Positions 1-9,689 of a DNA stretch of 64,000 bases are shown here, piece by piece (the stretch's first letter is position 1; each line of letters begins with the position of its first letter). The notes beneath the pieces were generated by a model. It saw only the letters and a program-made list of their open reading frames with translations, searched no databases and was not told where the DNA came from. Origin of the DNA: an uncultured Candidatus Saccharibacteria bacterium (GTDB taxonomy: Bacteria; Patescibacteriota; Minisyncoccia; Phycocordibacterales; UBA12088); contig CAZHFF010000002.1 in NCBI GenBank assembly GCA_964531785.1, forward strand, positions 29,851 through 93,850, read 5' to 3'. The translations under genes and the position numbers were made by a program.

Positions 1-38
1 CCACCCCCACTTCCCCGTTACCGCACAGCTTATCCCCA

Positions 39-1391
39 CTACTTGAGCATGCTCCGCAACTCCTCTATCTCACGCACCAAGGTGGTCGAGCTCTTGAGGT
101 CTTTGCGGATCTTGTCGCACGAGTGGATGACGGTAGTGTGGTCGCGCCCGCCTAGCTTCTGGCCGATGGTCGGGTAACTGATATTGAAGTCCTCTCGCAT
201 GATATACATGATGATCTGTCGAGGTTTTACCACCTCTTTCTTCCTGGTCTTTTCATAGATCGTCGTCTCCTCGATGTCATAGTAGCGCGCAACGCGCTCA
301 ACAAGGTCTTTGACCGACACACTCCGCTGTGGACGGGTGTTGTTCTTCACGATCTGCTTGATGTCGGCTATGTCAAGCGCAGTTCCTTTGAGCTGTGTTT
401 GGCAGATGACCCGGTTGAGCACCCCCTCAAGATCTCGGATACTCCCCTCGACCTCGTTCGCAATCGCCTGGGCTATTTCCTCAGGCAAGAGGAAGTTGCT
501 GTTCGCCGCTTTCGTCCGCAGGATAGCGACCCTGGACTCGTGATCGGGTGCGGACACATCGATGATCATACCCTGGGAGAACCTCGACTTGAGACGGTCG
601 GTGAGGTCTTGGATGTAATTCGGATGGCGGTCGGAGGAGAAAACGATCTGCTTGTTGTTCTCGTATAGGGTATTGAAAATATGGAATAGTTCCTCTTGGA
701 GCTTGTCCTTTCCTGAAAGGAACTGGACGTCGTCCATGACGAGCACATCATACTGTCGATACTTCTCTTTGACCTGCTGGATCGTGTTCTGTTGTATCGC
801 CGTGACGATATCGCTGCCGAATCGTTCACTCGTCACATAGTAGATCTTCCGGGATGGGTTGAGGCGTTTGATCTGGTTGCCGATCGACTGTATGAGGTGG
901 GTCTTCCCGTACCCCGTGTTGCCATAGATGAAGAGCGGGTTATACGTGATGCCCGGCTCTGCGACCACCGCCTGAGCGGCGGCGTGGGCGAGCTCATTGA
1001 AGGGTCCTACCACGAGCGTGTCAAAGGTGTAGCGAGGGTTCAGGTTATCGCTCCGGTTCACGTAATGGTCAGCAAGGGGGAGCTCCGCGGTCGGTGCAAC
1101 GCGTTTGAGCTCGGTCACCTTTCGTTCTCGGGCCTCTTTTGCGATAACGTACTCGACGCCGCGGACCTCGGGCAGCACCCCACGGAGCGCCCGCAGGATC
1201 GTTTTGTGATGCTTGTCCGCGAGCCAGTCCTTGTAGAACTGGCTCGGCACACCGAGGTAGACCACGCCCTCTTCGACCTTCACCACGTGCGTACCACGGA
1301 ACCAGGTACTGAAATTAGCTTTTGATACGGACAACTCGATATCGACCAAGGCGTTCTCCCATATTTGTCTCGTATCAAGTAGAGGAACCAT
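39..1391 (-). CDS. dnaA: Chromosomal replication initiator protein DnaA
   Basis: Track ORF 39..1556. Walker A GNTGYGKTH, Walker B VLVMDDVQF and a C-terminal DNA-binding helix region (GGRDHTTVIHSCDKI). The first ~55 codons of the track ORF look like upstream read-through. MVPLLDTRQIWENAL at 1391 fits DnaA domain I (alternative ATG at 1418). A TATAAT lies 13 nt upstream of 1391 on the minus strand. Confidence 0.95.
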   Translation of the reverse strand: MVPLLDTRQIWENALVDIELSVSKANFSTWFRGTHVVKVEEGVVYLGVPSQFYKDWLADKHHKTILRALRGVLPEVRGVEYVIAKEARERKVTELKRVAPTAELPLADHYVNRSDNLNPRYTFDTLVVGPFNELAHAAAQAVVAEPGITYNPLFIYGNTGYGKTHLIQSIGNQIKRLNPSRKIYYVTSERFGSDIVTAIQQNTIQQVKEKYRQYDVLVMDDVQFLSGKDKLQEELFHIFNTLYENNKQIVFSSDRHPNYIQDLTDRLKSRFSQGMIIDVSAPDHESRVAILRTKAANSNFLLPEEIAQAIANEVEGSIRDLEGVLNRVICQTQLKGTALDIADIKQIVKNNTRPQRSVSVKDLVERVARYYDIEETTIYEKTRKKEVVKPRQIIMYIMREDFNISYPTIGQKLGGRDHTTVIHSCDKIRKDLKSSTTLVREIEELRSMLK

Positions 1392-1418
1392 AGCCGTAGG
1401 AAGTATTATAGTCTGCAT

Positions 1419-1641
1419 TTTACGGAGCGCCAGTTCCCCGTTTTTATGGGTTATGGTTGTAAGGTGTGGAAAGCCTGGGGATAGGTGGATAGGTGTACGA
1501 AATACATCGAGGAGTCGTGTGTCGTGCAGGGTGTGATGGCACCGCAGCGCCATCACAAGGGGGACATTGACAAAAAGCTATATATTGTGCTATAATATAC
1601 AACAGAGATCATTGTCAATGGAATGAAAGGAGCTGGCAGCG
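1419..1641. promoter_or_regulatory. dnaA upstream / divergent promoter region with degenerate DnaA-box-like 9-mers and an AT-rich tract (possible oriC component)
   Basis: TGTGGAAAG (~1465) and GGTGGATAG (~1483) each differ from TGTGGATAA at 2 positions. TTATCCCCA sits at ~30-38 next to the dnaA stop. The AT-rich stretch at 1565-1620 contains TTGACA-18 nt-TATAAT (1567..1596), followed by AAAGGAG and the ATG at 1642. Confidence 0.35.
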
Positions 1642-3162
1642 ATGACGTTACTCATGATCGTCGCTATTCTGGTCGTCGTGGCAGCTGCCCTGTGGTGGGG
1701 CTGGTCCGACCCTGAGCGTTTCGAACGGTTGTTTGCCGCACGTCACACTACCTTAGGCCGTGGTGTCTGGGTGTTCTGGGACCTACTGATCATCCTCGGG
1801 ATCGTGGCGGGCTACATGGCAACCCCCTTTCTCGACCCGTGGGTGTTCCATGGCGCAACGGGCGTGGTCGCTTTTTTGCTGACCTTGGTGATCTTGAGCC
1901 CTGTGTACGCGGGGCGCAGCGCCAATGCCTATGAAAGGGGTGACAAGAGCTACCTCATCACGTTCGTCAAACGGCCACCGAACCGGCTATACCTGAGAAA
2001 AAAGGCCGAAAAATATATAGACTTCGTCGGCCATGTACTGCCGGGTCGGCAGTATCGGGGCTTGCTCGAACCCGGACTATCACCTGACAGCAACGAGTAC
2101 TGGCATTTGATCGAATGTAAGAAGGATGGTGAGCAGCGCCCCACAGGCACATCCCTTCAAACACTCACAGAAGAGCAGAAAAAAGCGCTGAACCTTCGCG
2201 ATCGGGTGAGGCCGAACGACAAGCCCCCACTCGGGGTCGAAGTACACAAGTCTGTACTTGTGCGGCTCTGGGTGTGGTACATCAATATGTTCTACGATGT
2301 TGCGCTCGTCGGTGTGCGCTGGATATTCGAGGTGAACGAACGGCACATCGAGAAGTTCCGTCTCAGGCGGGTGACCGACGAAGTTACCGGCAGGAGCAAG
2401 TTCGTGTTGGAGCCGCCTCGTCCTGATGAGTTGACCAACCACGTCAGGACGGCGCCTGAGCGTTGGGTCGTCGCGGTCCCTTCGGGTGAAGTGAAAGGCG
2501 CTCGTATCCCGATCGACCTGATCGTTATTTTATACATCAGGACGATCAACCCAATGCTCCAGGAGAGGAACCAGGCGAACTGGTCGCAGTTCGTAAACGA
2601 TGCTGCGGTCGACATCGCCATCCGTGCACTTGCGTCACTTACGGACAGCGCGATCTTCGACCTCGATGCGGACCTGACAAAAGGGCTCGAGGCGAGCGAT
2701 CCGCTGAACCAAGAGATACGGAGGATCCGTACGCGGCTTGAAACCTCGGTCGGGATCACGATCGATGACAGTACGACCGTCGAAGACGGTGAGTATTCCG
2801 GCGGTGTCCAGATCGTTTCGAAAGACCCGATTCTCGAAGGGGAAGGTGTCGAAGAAGCGTTCAGGGCTCCGTGGGTCGCTGAACGGCGAAAAAAAGCCAC
2901 GATCCTAGAGGGTGAAGCAGAAGCGGACAAAGAGGCTCGGGTGACCAGAGAAGTCGCAAAGGCTATCCAGGAATCCGGAGATGCTGGTGTCGTTGCTCGC
3001 GAGACCGATGCGATCGGTCATGCGGCAGAGGCCGCGAAGAACGCAACGCTCATGGCGACATTCGGTCGTGGTGCCGGTGCGAAAGATTCCGGTGACGAAA
3101 GTGTCGCCCTGCAGAAGGCCATCCTGGCCGAACTGCAGAAACTGAACAGGAGAGACACATGA
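1642..3162 (+). CDS. Membrane-anchored protein, tentatively SPFH/band-7 (flotillin-like) family
   Basis: 506 aa with N-terminal TM helices. The central segment (IPIDLIVILYIRTINP...VDIAIRAL...) and the C-terminal Ala/Glu-rich coiled region (AERRKKATILEGEAEADKEARV) resemble SPFH architecture. Strong promoter and SD (AAAGGAG). Confidence 0.45.
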   Translation: MTLLMIVAILVVVAAALWWGWSDPERFERLFAARHTTLGRGVWVFWDLLIILGIVAGYMATPFLDPWVFHGATGVVAFLLTLVILSPVYAGRSANAYERGDKSYLITFVKRPPNRLYLRKKAEKYIDFVGHVLPGRQYRGLLEPGLSPDSNEYWHLIECKKDGEQRPTGTSLQTLTEEQKKALNLRDRVRPNDKPPLGVEVHKSVLVRLWVWYINMFYDVALVGVRWIFEVNERHIEKFRLRRVTDEVTGRSKFVLEPPRPDELTNHVRTAPERWVVAVPSGEVKGARIPIDLIVILYIRTINPMLQERNQANWSQFVNDAAVDIAIRALASLTDSAIFDLDADLTKGLEASDPLNQEIRRIRTRLETSVGITIDDSTTVEDGEYSGGVQIVSKDPILEGEGVEEAFRAPWVAERRKKATILEGEAEADKEARVTREVAKAIQESGDAGVVARETDAIGHAAEAAKNATLMATFGRGAGAKDSGDESVALQKAILAELQKLNRRDT

Positions 3163-4133
3163 ATACACTCGGTGTCATCGCGGTAGGCATGGCGCTAGCT
3201 ACGATGATCGTGCTGCGACCTAGGGCACTGCTACCCACGACTCCACTCGCTCGGTACCTGTACCTAGGGGTGGGTGCGCTGATCGTTACCGGGCTCATCT
3301 GGTGGTTTTTTCCCTGGGCCTCGGTTCCCTATCCACAACAGATACCGTGGTGGTTCGGGCCGCTCCTGGGAATCCTTGTGCTCGGCGCTGCGGTCGTGCT
3401 CGTCGCGTACTTCATACGGTCGAGACGTGCCGTACAGGCAGCAGTGGCACCGGCGCCGCCTCCAGCACAGCCACCCGCACCGGCTCAGGTCGTGGCGACT
3501 ACAGATCGCACCAGAACCGTGGTCGGGCTTGTCACGTTCACCGTGGTCGGCTGCGGTCTCGGCTGGGCCGTCTGGCATATGTCGGGCATGGGTGGGGTCG
3601 ACGCGGCTCGCTTCCTTCCCCTCCAGATCGCCGGTTGTGTACTCCTCGCTGGAGTTGCGGTCGCGATCGTGCTCGAGTACGGGCGGATAATCGTCACCAA
3701 AAAGCTCGTCATAAGTCTGGTGGCGCTCGTCGGTACCCTGCTCGTGTTCTCGCCCCATCTTGCGGGTATCGATATGCCCGCGGTCCCGAGTACTGTGCCA
3801 CAGGTGCCTGCCGATGCGGACCGGGTATGGTTCATCCCGGTCGGTGCCGGTCTTCTCGCGATGGTGTTCGCGAAATACCTGAGCAACAGGAGCGTGTCGT
3901 GGGGGCAAGCCCTCGTGACCGGTGTCCTCGTGGCCATAGCGTCGAGCATGCTGCTCGGGAGCTGGGTCTATGAGGGTGGGTTCGGTGAGCTCACAGCCGA
4001 CCGAACAGAACGCCTCGTGCTCTTTGCGGTGATCGGCGTCATGGCGTGGCTCCTATTCACCGGGGCCATCATCGAGCTTGCGATTATCGGCACCGTGCTC
4101 GTGGTCGCGGCCTCGTTCCTCGGCTTCATCTGA
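3159..4133 (+). CDS. Polytopic membrane protein, unknown function
   Basis: 324 aa, about 9 hydrophobic helices and a Pro/Ala-rich linker ([14 protein letters not shown]). Its ATGA start overlaps the stop of the upstream gene (translational coupling). Confidence 0.7.
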   Translation: MNTLGVIAVGMALATMIVLRPRALLPTTPLARYLYLGVGALIVTGLIWWFFPWASVPYPQQIPWWFGPLLGILVLGAAVVLVAYFIRSRRAVQAAVAPAPPPAQPPAPAQVVATTDRTRTVVGLVTFTVVGCGLGWAVWHMSGMGGVDAARFLPLQIAGCVLLAGVAVAIVLEYGRIIVTKKLVISLVALVGTLLVFSPHLAGIDMPAVPSTVPQVPADADRVWFIPVGAGLLAMVFAKYLSNRSVSWGQALVTGVLVAIASSMLLGSWVYEGGFGELTADRTERLVLFAVIGVMAWLLFTGAIIELAIIGTVLVVAASFLGFI

Positions 4134-4145
4134 TGTTCCTTCCTC

Positions 4146-4184
4146 CCCACCCGGGCGCGCTGCTCGGGTGGGTTTCTTTTTTTT
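4146..4184 (+). terminator. Rho-independent terminator
   Basis: CCCACCCG...CGGGTGGG stem followed by TTTCTTTTTTTT. Confidence 0.7.
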
Positions 4185-4210
4185 GTACCTGTGGTATAGT
4201 CGTTCTCATT

Positions 4211-4348
4211 ATGCCAAAGCGAACGTACCAACCCAAAAAGAAGAAGCGAGCCACCACGCACGGTTTCCTGGTGCGGATGCGCACCCCCGGGGGTAAGCGC
4301 GTTGTCCGAAGGCGCAGGGCCAAGGGTCGCCAAAAACTGTCGGTCTAA
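4211..4348 (+). CDS. rpmH: 50S ribosomal protein L34
   Basis: 45 aa, [45 protein letters not shown]. It lies inside track ORF 4046..4348. An extended -10 (TGgTATAGT) is upstream and a hairpin with T-run spans the stop codon. Confidence 0.95.
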   Translation: MPKRTYQPKKKKRATTHGFLVRMRTPGGKRVVRRRRAKGRQKLSV

Positions 4349-4392
4349 CCGACGGTTTTTGTAGTTGAGGCGCCCTAAGGTAGAGTTAGCCT

Positions 4393-4734
4393 ATGCTTCC
4401 GAAGAAACAACGGCTCACCAGGCGCGAATTCGATGCCCTTCTTAGATCCGGGCGGCGCGTGTCCGGCACCACCCTAACGGTCGTCTACCGGCCCGGTGCG
4501 GCACTGAAGTGTGGTGTTGTCGTGGGGAAGAAGACCGCACGGAAGGCCGTTGCCCGGCACCTCTTACGTCGCCGGATCTTCAGCATCCTCCGGGGCGAGC
4601 AGCCGTTAGCTCCGCTCCACCTCGCGGTCCTGACCCGTTCCGCCGCAAGCACGCTCTCATTCGAGGCGCTTACGGTCGAACTGCGGACGCTCCTCGGACG
4701 GGTACGCACGGAAGACCGTGCGCAGCGGCCCTAA
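4393..4734 (+). CDS. rnpA: Ribonuclease P protein component
   Basis: 113 aa, basic, MLPKKQRLTRREFDALLRSG.. with canonical rpmH-rnpA synteny. Confidence 0.85.
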   Translation: MLPKKQRLTRREFDALLRSGRRVSGTTLTVVYRPGAALKCGVVVGKKTARKAVARHLLRRRIFSILRGEQPLAPLHLAVLTRSAASTLSFEALTVELRTLLGRVRTEDRAQRP

Positions 4735-4744
4735 ATAGGGTAAA

Positions 4745-5479
4745 ATGCTCCACATGATAGGGGATCTGTTCCACAGCGGCGTATACGTACCCCTCTACAA
4801 CGCGCTCATTTGGATACTATCACATGCAAGTTGGATCGATGTCGGTATCGCGGTCATAACGCTCACTGTTCTGGTGAAGCTCATTCTTTTTCCGCTCTCC
4901 CTCAAAGCCGCCCGTACCCAGCGTCTGATGAAGGAGCTCGAGGGGCCGATGAAGGCGATACGGGAGAAATATACCGATCGGCAAGAGCAGGGCCAGAAGA
5001 TGCTCGAGCTCTACCGAGAAAAGGGTGTCAACCCGTTCTCGGGCTTTCTTGTGCTGCTCATACAGCTTCCAGTGATCCTTGGCCTCTACTTCGTCTTTCT
5101 TAAGGGTGGTTTGCCAGAGATAAACACCGAAGAACTGTATCGTTTCGTGAGCGCACCTAATACGGTCGATATGTTCTTCCTGGGCGTGTTCGATATGGCA
5201 GGCAAGAGCTACGTGCTCGCGCTCCTAGCCGGTATCACGCAGTACTTTCAGGCCAAGCTGGCGATGCCCACGCTTGCGCCGCGTACCGAGAACGCGACCT
5301 TCCAGGAGGACTTTGCGCGCAGTCTCCAGCTCCAGATGCGCTATGTGCTGCCGGTGGTCGTTGTGGTGGTCGCCTATATCGCGTCAGCAGCGGTTGCGCT
5401 CTACTGGATTACGAGTAATATCTTTGCTATCGGACAGGAGGTGTACGTGAAGCAACGCTTTGAGCAGAAAGAACCATGA
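4745..5479 (+). CDS. yidC: Membrane protein insertase YidC (short Oxa1-like form)
   Basis: 244 aa, KLILFPLSLK...MKELEGPMKAIREKY...EKGVNPFSG motif block, multi-TM. Follows rnpA as in the conserved origin cluster. Confidence 0.9.
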   Translation: MLHMIGDLFHSGVYVPLYNALIWILSHASWIDVGIAVITLTVLVKLILFPLSLKAARTQRLMKELEGPMKAIREKYTDRQEQGQKMLELYREKGVNPFSGFLVLLIQLPVILGLYFVFLKGGLPEINTEELYRFVSAPNTVDMFFLGVFDMAGKSYVLALLAGITQYFQAKLAMPTLAPRTENATFQEDFARSLQLQMRYVLPVVVVVVAYIASAAVALYWITSNIFAIGQEVYVKQRFEQKEP

Positions 5480-5943
5480 GTGACAACGTTTCCACAGCAG
5501 AACTACAAGCGCTCGTACGGGAGTTCCTCGACAAGCTCGGAGTCACGGTAGAAACGCTCGAGCCGGTCACCCTCTCTGCACACCCGATGTTTTCCATACA
5601 GACCAGCATGAGCCGTGCGCTCATCGGACCGCAGGGCGAGCACTTGCGCGCCCTCAACCATATTCTCAGGCGTTTGGCCGAGCGGCGTTTCGGCGAGAGC
5701 GACACCCGGTTCCTGGTCGACGTGAACGGCTACCACCTCGGTCGCATTCGTGAGCTTGAGCAAAAGGCGAAGCTCCTCGCAGAGCGTGTGCGGACGTTCA
5801 GATCGAGCGCAGAAATGGTGCCCATGAACGCGTACGAGCGCATGGTGATCCATGCGCTCTTCACCGACGACCCAGAGGTGACCACCGAATCAGAAGGTAC
5901 GGGCAAGGCCCGCCATATCGTCCTCCGTTATCGGTCTTCGTAG
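5476..5943 (+). CDS. jag: Jag/KhpB-like RNA-binding protein (KH + R3H)
   Basis: 155 aa, LIGPQGEHLRALNHILR (KH-like) and a C-terminal R3H-like region (ERMVIHALF..GKARHIVL). 4-nt start overlap with yidC. Confidence 0.8.
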   Translation: MSDNVSTAELQALVREFLDKLGVTVETLEPVTLSAHPMFSIQTSMSRALIGPQGEHLRALNHILRRLAERRFGESDTRFLVDVNGYHLGRIRELEQKAKLLAERVRTFRSSAEMVPMNAYERMVIHALFTDDPEVTTESEGTGKARHIVLRYRSS

Positions 5944-5960
5944 ATCTGCGGGGTGATCGG

Positions 5961-7265
5961 TCAGAAACCGCTCGTGGTCGTTGTGGCCACGGGCACTGCT
6001 TCGGGCAGCTTGTACGACCACAGCGAATCGTCTTCCTTGGCGCGGAACAACAAGAAGTCTTCGTCAGGTGCGAGTACCGGGTCGACGATGTCCATCGTAC
6101 GATTCGCCAGGTCGCTTACGGTAAGGAGCAGCTTCGTCGTACCCGCATCGGTATCGATACGCCAGATGTTGTCCTGCCAGGTGATGGTTCCCTGGTACCA
6201 ACCCTCAGGGAACTCGTTCTTTCTCGGTATCTCCTTAGGTACGCCGCAGTAGAGGATGTGTGGCATACGCTTGCTCCACGTGCACTTCTCAGGCAGGGTG
6301 ACGAGCGGTAGCGGGACCACTTTCCCTGTTGTGACCATGAGTACACGCAGCGATGCGAGCGTAGTCTCGAGCGTCGAGTAGAGGACCCTGTCGCCGGTCG
6401 GGTTCGCGAGCGTCGTGACCGCGAGGACTTCGGACAGCAGCAGGTCTCGCTTCCCCGTGTTCGGGTTCACCTCCCACACCCAGCTTGGCGCGCTCGAGCT
6501 TGGCTTTGTTGCCACGAGGATGTAGCCGGGTGCGTTCCAGGTGGCCACGAGCTCCCGCAGTGGCGAGTTCCACACCTGTCGCCGGTTCCCACCATCGACC
6601 GATTCTACATAGCCGACCGAGCCTGTGTCGGTGCTCACTATGTAAAAGACGCGTGTTCCGTCCGGGTTCAGTGCGATGGTCGTAATATCTTCAGGTAGAA
6701 AGCCGCCGTTCAGGAAGTAAGGTGGGAGCTCACCTGCATTCGCAGCGCTCTGATCGTTCGCCCGAAGTGTGCCAAAGAACGTGTACAGTGTGCGCACATC
6801 TTGGTTGAAGTACTGTACTAGGCTCGTACTTGCGTTCCCGCCCCATGTTGCGAGCTGTATACGAGGTATGGTGACGATGCTCATCGTGGTCGGTTGCGTC
6901 GTGCGTACCAGGTTCGCGTCGAGCACGTGGCCCGTTGCTCGTTCGGTGTAGCGTGCGTAGGGCTCGACACCCACCTCGTCACGCTTGCTGAGCGTTGTTA
7001 CCGCAGAGACGGGTTCTTCAGTAAGCTTGCGAAGGACAGGGAGCGCCTGACCATGAAGCACCGGCGGCGTGCTCGATGCCCCGCTTCCCGGTCGCTCGAG
7101 ATCGGTATCTATGTCGAAGGGTCGTTCACCTGAAGTGTCGCCGAACGGGTCGTTCGATCCCCCTTGCCCCCCGGAACCGCCGCTCATGAGGAGAATAAGG
7201 ATGAGAACGACCACGATCACCAGTACCGCCACACCGGAGAGTATTATGAAAAGTTTGTTACGCAT
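5961..7265 (-). CDS. N-terminally anchored extracytoplasmic protein, possible TolB/PD40-like beta-propeller; last gene of the T4SS-like operon
   Basis: 434 aa with one N-terminal TM helix and a Gly/Ser linker. Repeated segments of the type DGTRVFYIV...G, GDRVLYSTLE, PDEDFLLFRA resemble PD40 repeats. Confidence 0.4.
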   Translation of the reverse strand: MRNKLFIILSGVAVLVIVVVLILILLMSGGSGGQGGSNDPFGDTSGERPFDIDTDLERPGSGASSTPPVLHGQALPVLRKLTEEPVSAVTTLSKRDEVGVEPYARYTERATGHVLDANLVRTTQPTTMSIVTIPRIQLATWGGNASTSLVQYFNQDVRTLYTFFGTLRANDQSAANAGELPPYFLNGGFLPEDITTIALNPDGTRVFYIVSTDTGSVGYVESVDGGNRRQVWNSPLRELVATWNAPGYILVATKPSSSAPSWVWEVNPNTGKRDLLLSEVLAVTTLANPTGDRVLYSTLETTLASLRVLMVTTGKVVPLPLVTLPEKCTWSKRMPHILYCGVPKEIPRKNEFPEGWYQGTITWQDNIWRIDTDAGTTKLLLTVSDLANRTMDIVDPVLAPDEDFLLFRAKEDDSLWSYKLPEAVPVATTTTSGF

Positions 7266-7274
7266 ATGATTGTG

Positions 7275-7784
7275 CTATGGACCACCAGGGGGACCCGCCG
7301 GGGGTGTCGGTGGCGTGGTGGGAGCTGGGGTGCCGCCTGCTGCCGCTGCACCACCTGCAGGGCTCGACGGAGCCGGCCCGGTCGATGCACCGCTTCGGTA
7401 ACTGTTTATGCCACGGAAAACGTCGAGGCTTGTGAGTTGGGGGTTGATGGTGTTGAGGATCAGTACGGCAGTCAGGACGATGAGGAGGCCCACGATGGCG
7501 TTCACGATCTGCTCTTTTGCGTCACCGAGGCGGAACGCCGAGTCCGTGGTCATATACTTGAAGCCGCCGACCGCGAGCATTACCACCGCAAGGACCGCAG
7601 CCAGTCCGACCGAAATACCAATGAGCGCTTGGAGTAGGCCAGTAAAGCCACGACCGGTCCAATCGGCGTTGCCGATGAACGGTATGTCGGGCACGAGTGG
7701 TTGGAATGCCGATTGGCCGAGCGCAATGAGCGGTACGGTCAGTACACACAAGCTGAGTAACAAGGCGCGTGTTGCGGTGTTCAT
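7275..7784 (-). CDS. VirB2/TrbC-like T4SS pilin with Pro-rich C-terminal tail
   Basis: 169 aa. Signal peptide (..PLIALGQSA), LVP motif, two hydrophobic helices flanking a short polar loop (GGFKYMTTDSAFRLGDAKEQI), then TINP, as I recall for the CPR T4SS pilin family. The C-terminus is GPAPSSPAGGAAAAGGTPAPTTPPTPPAGPPGGP. Confidence 0.6.
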   Translation of the reverse strand: MNTATRALLLSLCVLTVPLIALGQSAFQPLVPDIPFIGNADWTGRGFTGLLQALIGISVGLAAVLAVVMLAVGGFKYMTTDSAFRLGDAKEQIVNAIVGLLIVLTAVLILNTINPQLTSLDVFRGINSYRSGASTGPAPSSPAGGAAAAGGTPAPTTPPTPPAGPPGGP

Positions 7785-8821
7785 AGGCTGAGGAAATTGG
7801 TCGCTGCGCTGTCATCCGCTTTGAACAGGACCTGTACGGTCGTTCGGGCGGATTGGAGCGGCTCGTTTCTGCTCTGCATGACGAGGGACAGGGGGACACG
7901 GCCCGCCCCGACACCTTCCGGCCGAAGGGTGATCAGTCCCCGGGCCTCGATACGCTGCGCCCCCACACGCCAGTCGAACACAAGCGACGCGTCGTCGCGT
8001 ACGGGGGTGGACAGGTGGTACGGTTCCGCCACTAGCGTCGCCTCACGTGCACTGATCGCATACTCATTTCCGAGTGCTCGTGCATAGCGCACACCCAGGA
8101 CCGGGTTCTGTTCATAGAGGAGTATCTGTGGTTGGGAAACCGGTATGCGCACATTGTTCGCAGCAACGAGCGTGTTGTCACGTGAGCGTACCTCGACCGC
8201 TATGTCGAGCGGCTGGAGGATGCGGCTGTTCTCCACGACGACCGATTGCTTTCCGTATCCTGAAAGTTGCGGCTGGACGCTCCGATGGATGCTCCAGGTG
8301 TACTGGAGGTCGTCCTCGGAGAGCTCAATACCGCTTCGGTTGACGAGTACGGGAAGCGCGGTCACGCGTATGCTCGAGCTGGGGGCATGCAGAGCTTTGC
8401 CGCGATACAGGATCGGGGTGTAGGTCTGTGCTTCCCAGGCGATACCGACGTATTGCGGCCTGAGTATGTATGAGGTCGTGACGGTCCTGCCCTCGTTCTC
8501 GGCAACAATCTCGACAGCGGTCGCTGAGCCGATCGGACCAGCGGTGATCGTGTGTGACTGGGCGCCACGCGAGCTGCGTACCACCTGGCCATCTACTTTC
8601 CACGTGATGAGCGCAGTGGCAAGGGAGACGTTGTAGCTTTTCACAGTGAGCTCGACCTGGTCAAAAGGTTTTGGAATGGCGGGTTTCGCAGTAACTTCCA
8701 TGTTCACGAGTGACGGCGGGTTCTGGGCGTTCACGATAGGCGCTGTGTACGCTAACACGAGCAGCGCGGCCATGGCCGTCGTTCCGAGCATACCGAACTG
8801 CTTGCTGTATCTTTTTCTCAT
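7781..8821 (-). CDS. Secreted protein, unknown function (beta-rich)
   Basis: 346 aa with an N-terminal signal peptide (..YTAPIVNAQ). 4-nt overlap with the pilin gene. No recognisable catalytic motif. Confidence 0.6.
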   Translation of the reverse strand: MRKRYSKQFGMLGTTAMAALLVLAYTAPIVNAQNPPSLVNMEVTAKPAIPKPFDQVELTVKSYNVSLATALITWKVDGQVVRSSRGAQSHTITAGPIGSATAVEIVAENEGRTVTTSYILRPQYVGIAWEAQTYTPILYRGKALHAPSSSIRVTALPVLVNRSGIELSEDDLQYTWSIHRSVQPQLSGYGKQSVVVENSRILQPLDIAVEVRSRDNTLVAANNVRIPVSQPQILLYEQNPVLGVRYARALGNEYAISAREATLVAEPYHLSTPVRDDASLVFDWRVGAQRIEARGLITLRPEGVGAGRVPLSLVMQSRNEPLQSARTTVQVLFKADDSAATNFLSL

Positions 8822-8824
8822 GAG

Positions 8825-9688
8825 TTAAGAGGCGTTTCCGAGTCTTTGTGCGGCAGGCTCTGTTCCTACCGGGCGTTCGGTCCGTGTGGGCGTGTTTCCC
8901 GGGTCTGTGTACGCGAACATTCGACGTGATTCAATGGGACGTTGTGGTCCAGGCCCTCGAGCATTTGTTCGTGGACTGTGCTCGGCGGTGCGCCGCTCGA
9001 ACGAACGCTGTTCCGGGTTCACTCTAGTATACCGCGCTTGTCCATTTTGCTGTGCACCTTGCTGAGGATAAACGGTTCGTTTGGGACGGACGACCGGTGC
9101 GATAGCCGCCCCGCTCGTTCGTCCCCGTGTCGCAAGCTGCACCGCACGCCGGCCAAGCTGCCCCGCTGCCCCCTGCTGCTGTGCGAGCTTGATCGCCGCA
9201 CGGTCGGTCTTTTGGGATATGGTCGCATGGCTCCAAACCATGACCGTAACACCGGGCAGGAGGTTGAGGACCGGTATGACCTCTATGAGTCCCGTAAAGA
9301 GGTTGACCATGAGACGATTACTGCGCATTTCCCAGATGTTCACGTGGTACCCGAAGAAGAACACGAGCGTGAAGAAAAGGCCTGCGATGAGCGAGACCAT
9401 CATCGATACGACGGCATAGAGGATCGGTCCTGCAAAGAAGAGTGCTGCTATGGTCAAACCGCCGGTCACCGCACCCTTTGCAACCGCCACGGCGCAGCTG
9501 GCGCCTGCCCAGCTAAACCAACCGGACGTTGCTGCACCGAAACAGCTCGTAAAATCGTTAATGCCCGCAAAAGCAAGTGCCGCAGCCACAATGAGCACCA
9601 GAACCGGTAGTACATCGAAGAACAGCGCGAGTGCGGTGAGCAGGTACTTATGCCCGTCCGATATGCGCAGTTTTGGTGTCTCGGCCAT
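8825..9688 (-). CDS. Integral membrane protein, unknown function (T4SS-like operon)
   Basis: 287 aa, 5-6 TM helices and a basic, disordered C-terminal tail. Lies directly downstream of virB4. Confidence 0.6.
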   Translation of the reverse strand: MAETPKLRISDGHKYLLTALALFFDVLPVLVLIVAAALAFAGINDFTSCFGAATSGWFSWAGASCAVAVAKGAVTGGLTIAALFFAGPILYAVVSMMVSLIAGLFFTLVFFFGYHVNIWEMRSNRLMVNLFTGLIEVIPVLNLLPGVTVMVWSHATISQKTDRAAIKLAQQQGAAGQLGRRAVQLATRGRTSGAAIAPVVRPKRTVYPQQGAQQNGQARYTRVNPEQRSFERRTAEHSPRTNARGPGPQRPIESRRMFAYTDPGNTPTRTERPVGTEPAAQRLGNAS

Positions 9689-9689
9689 A

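Noticed and set aside
310-1325. Plus-strand ORFs (310..543, 399..668, 652..840, 792..1325) antisense to dnaA. Similar long antisense ORFs occur throughout, for example 2292..2930, 10575..11540, 13203..13985, 14190..14804, 16579..17298, 29142..29831, 46712..47476 and 61691..62473.
   Set aside because: They overlap genes with unmistakable conserved motifs on the other strand. Their translations are low-complexity and Arg/Ser/Pro-rich, and they lack SD or promoter signals. These are typical shadow ORFs of GC-rich DNA.
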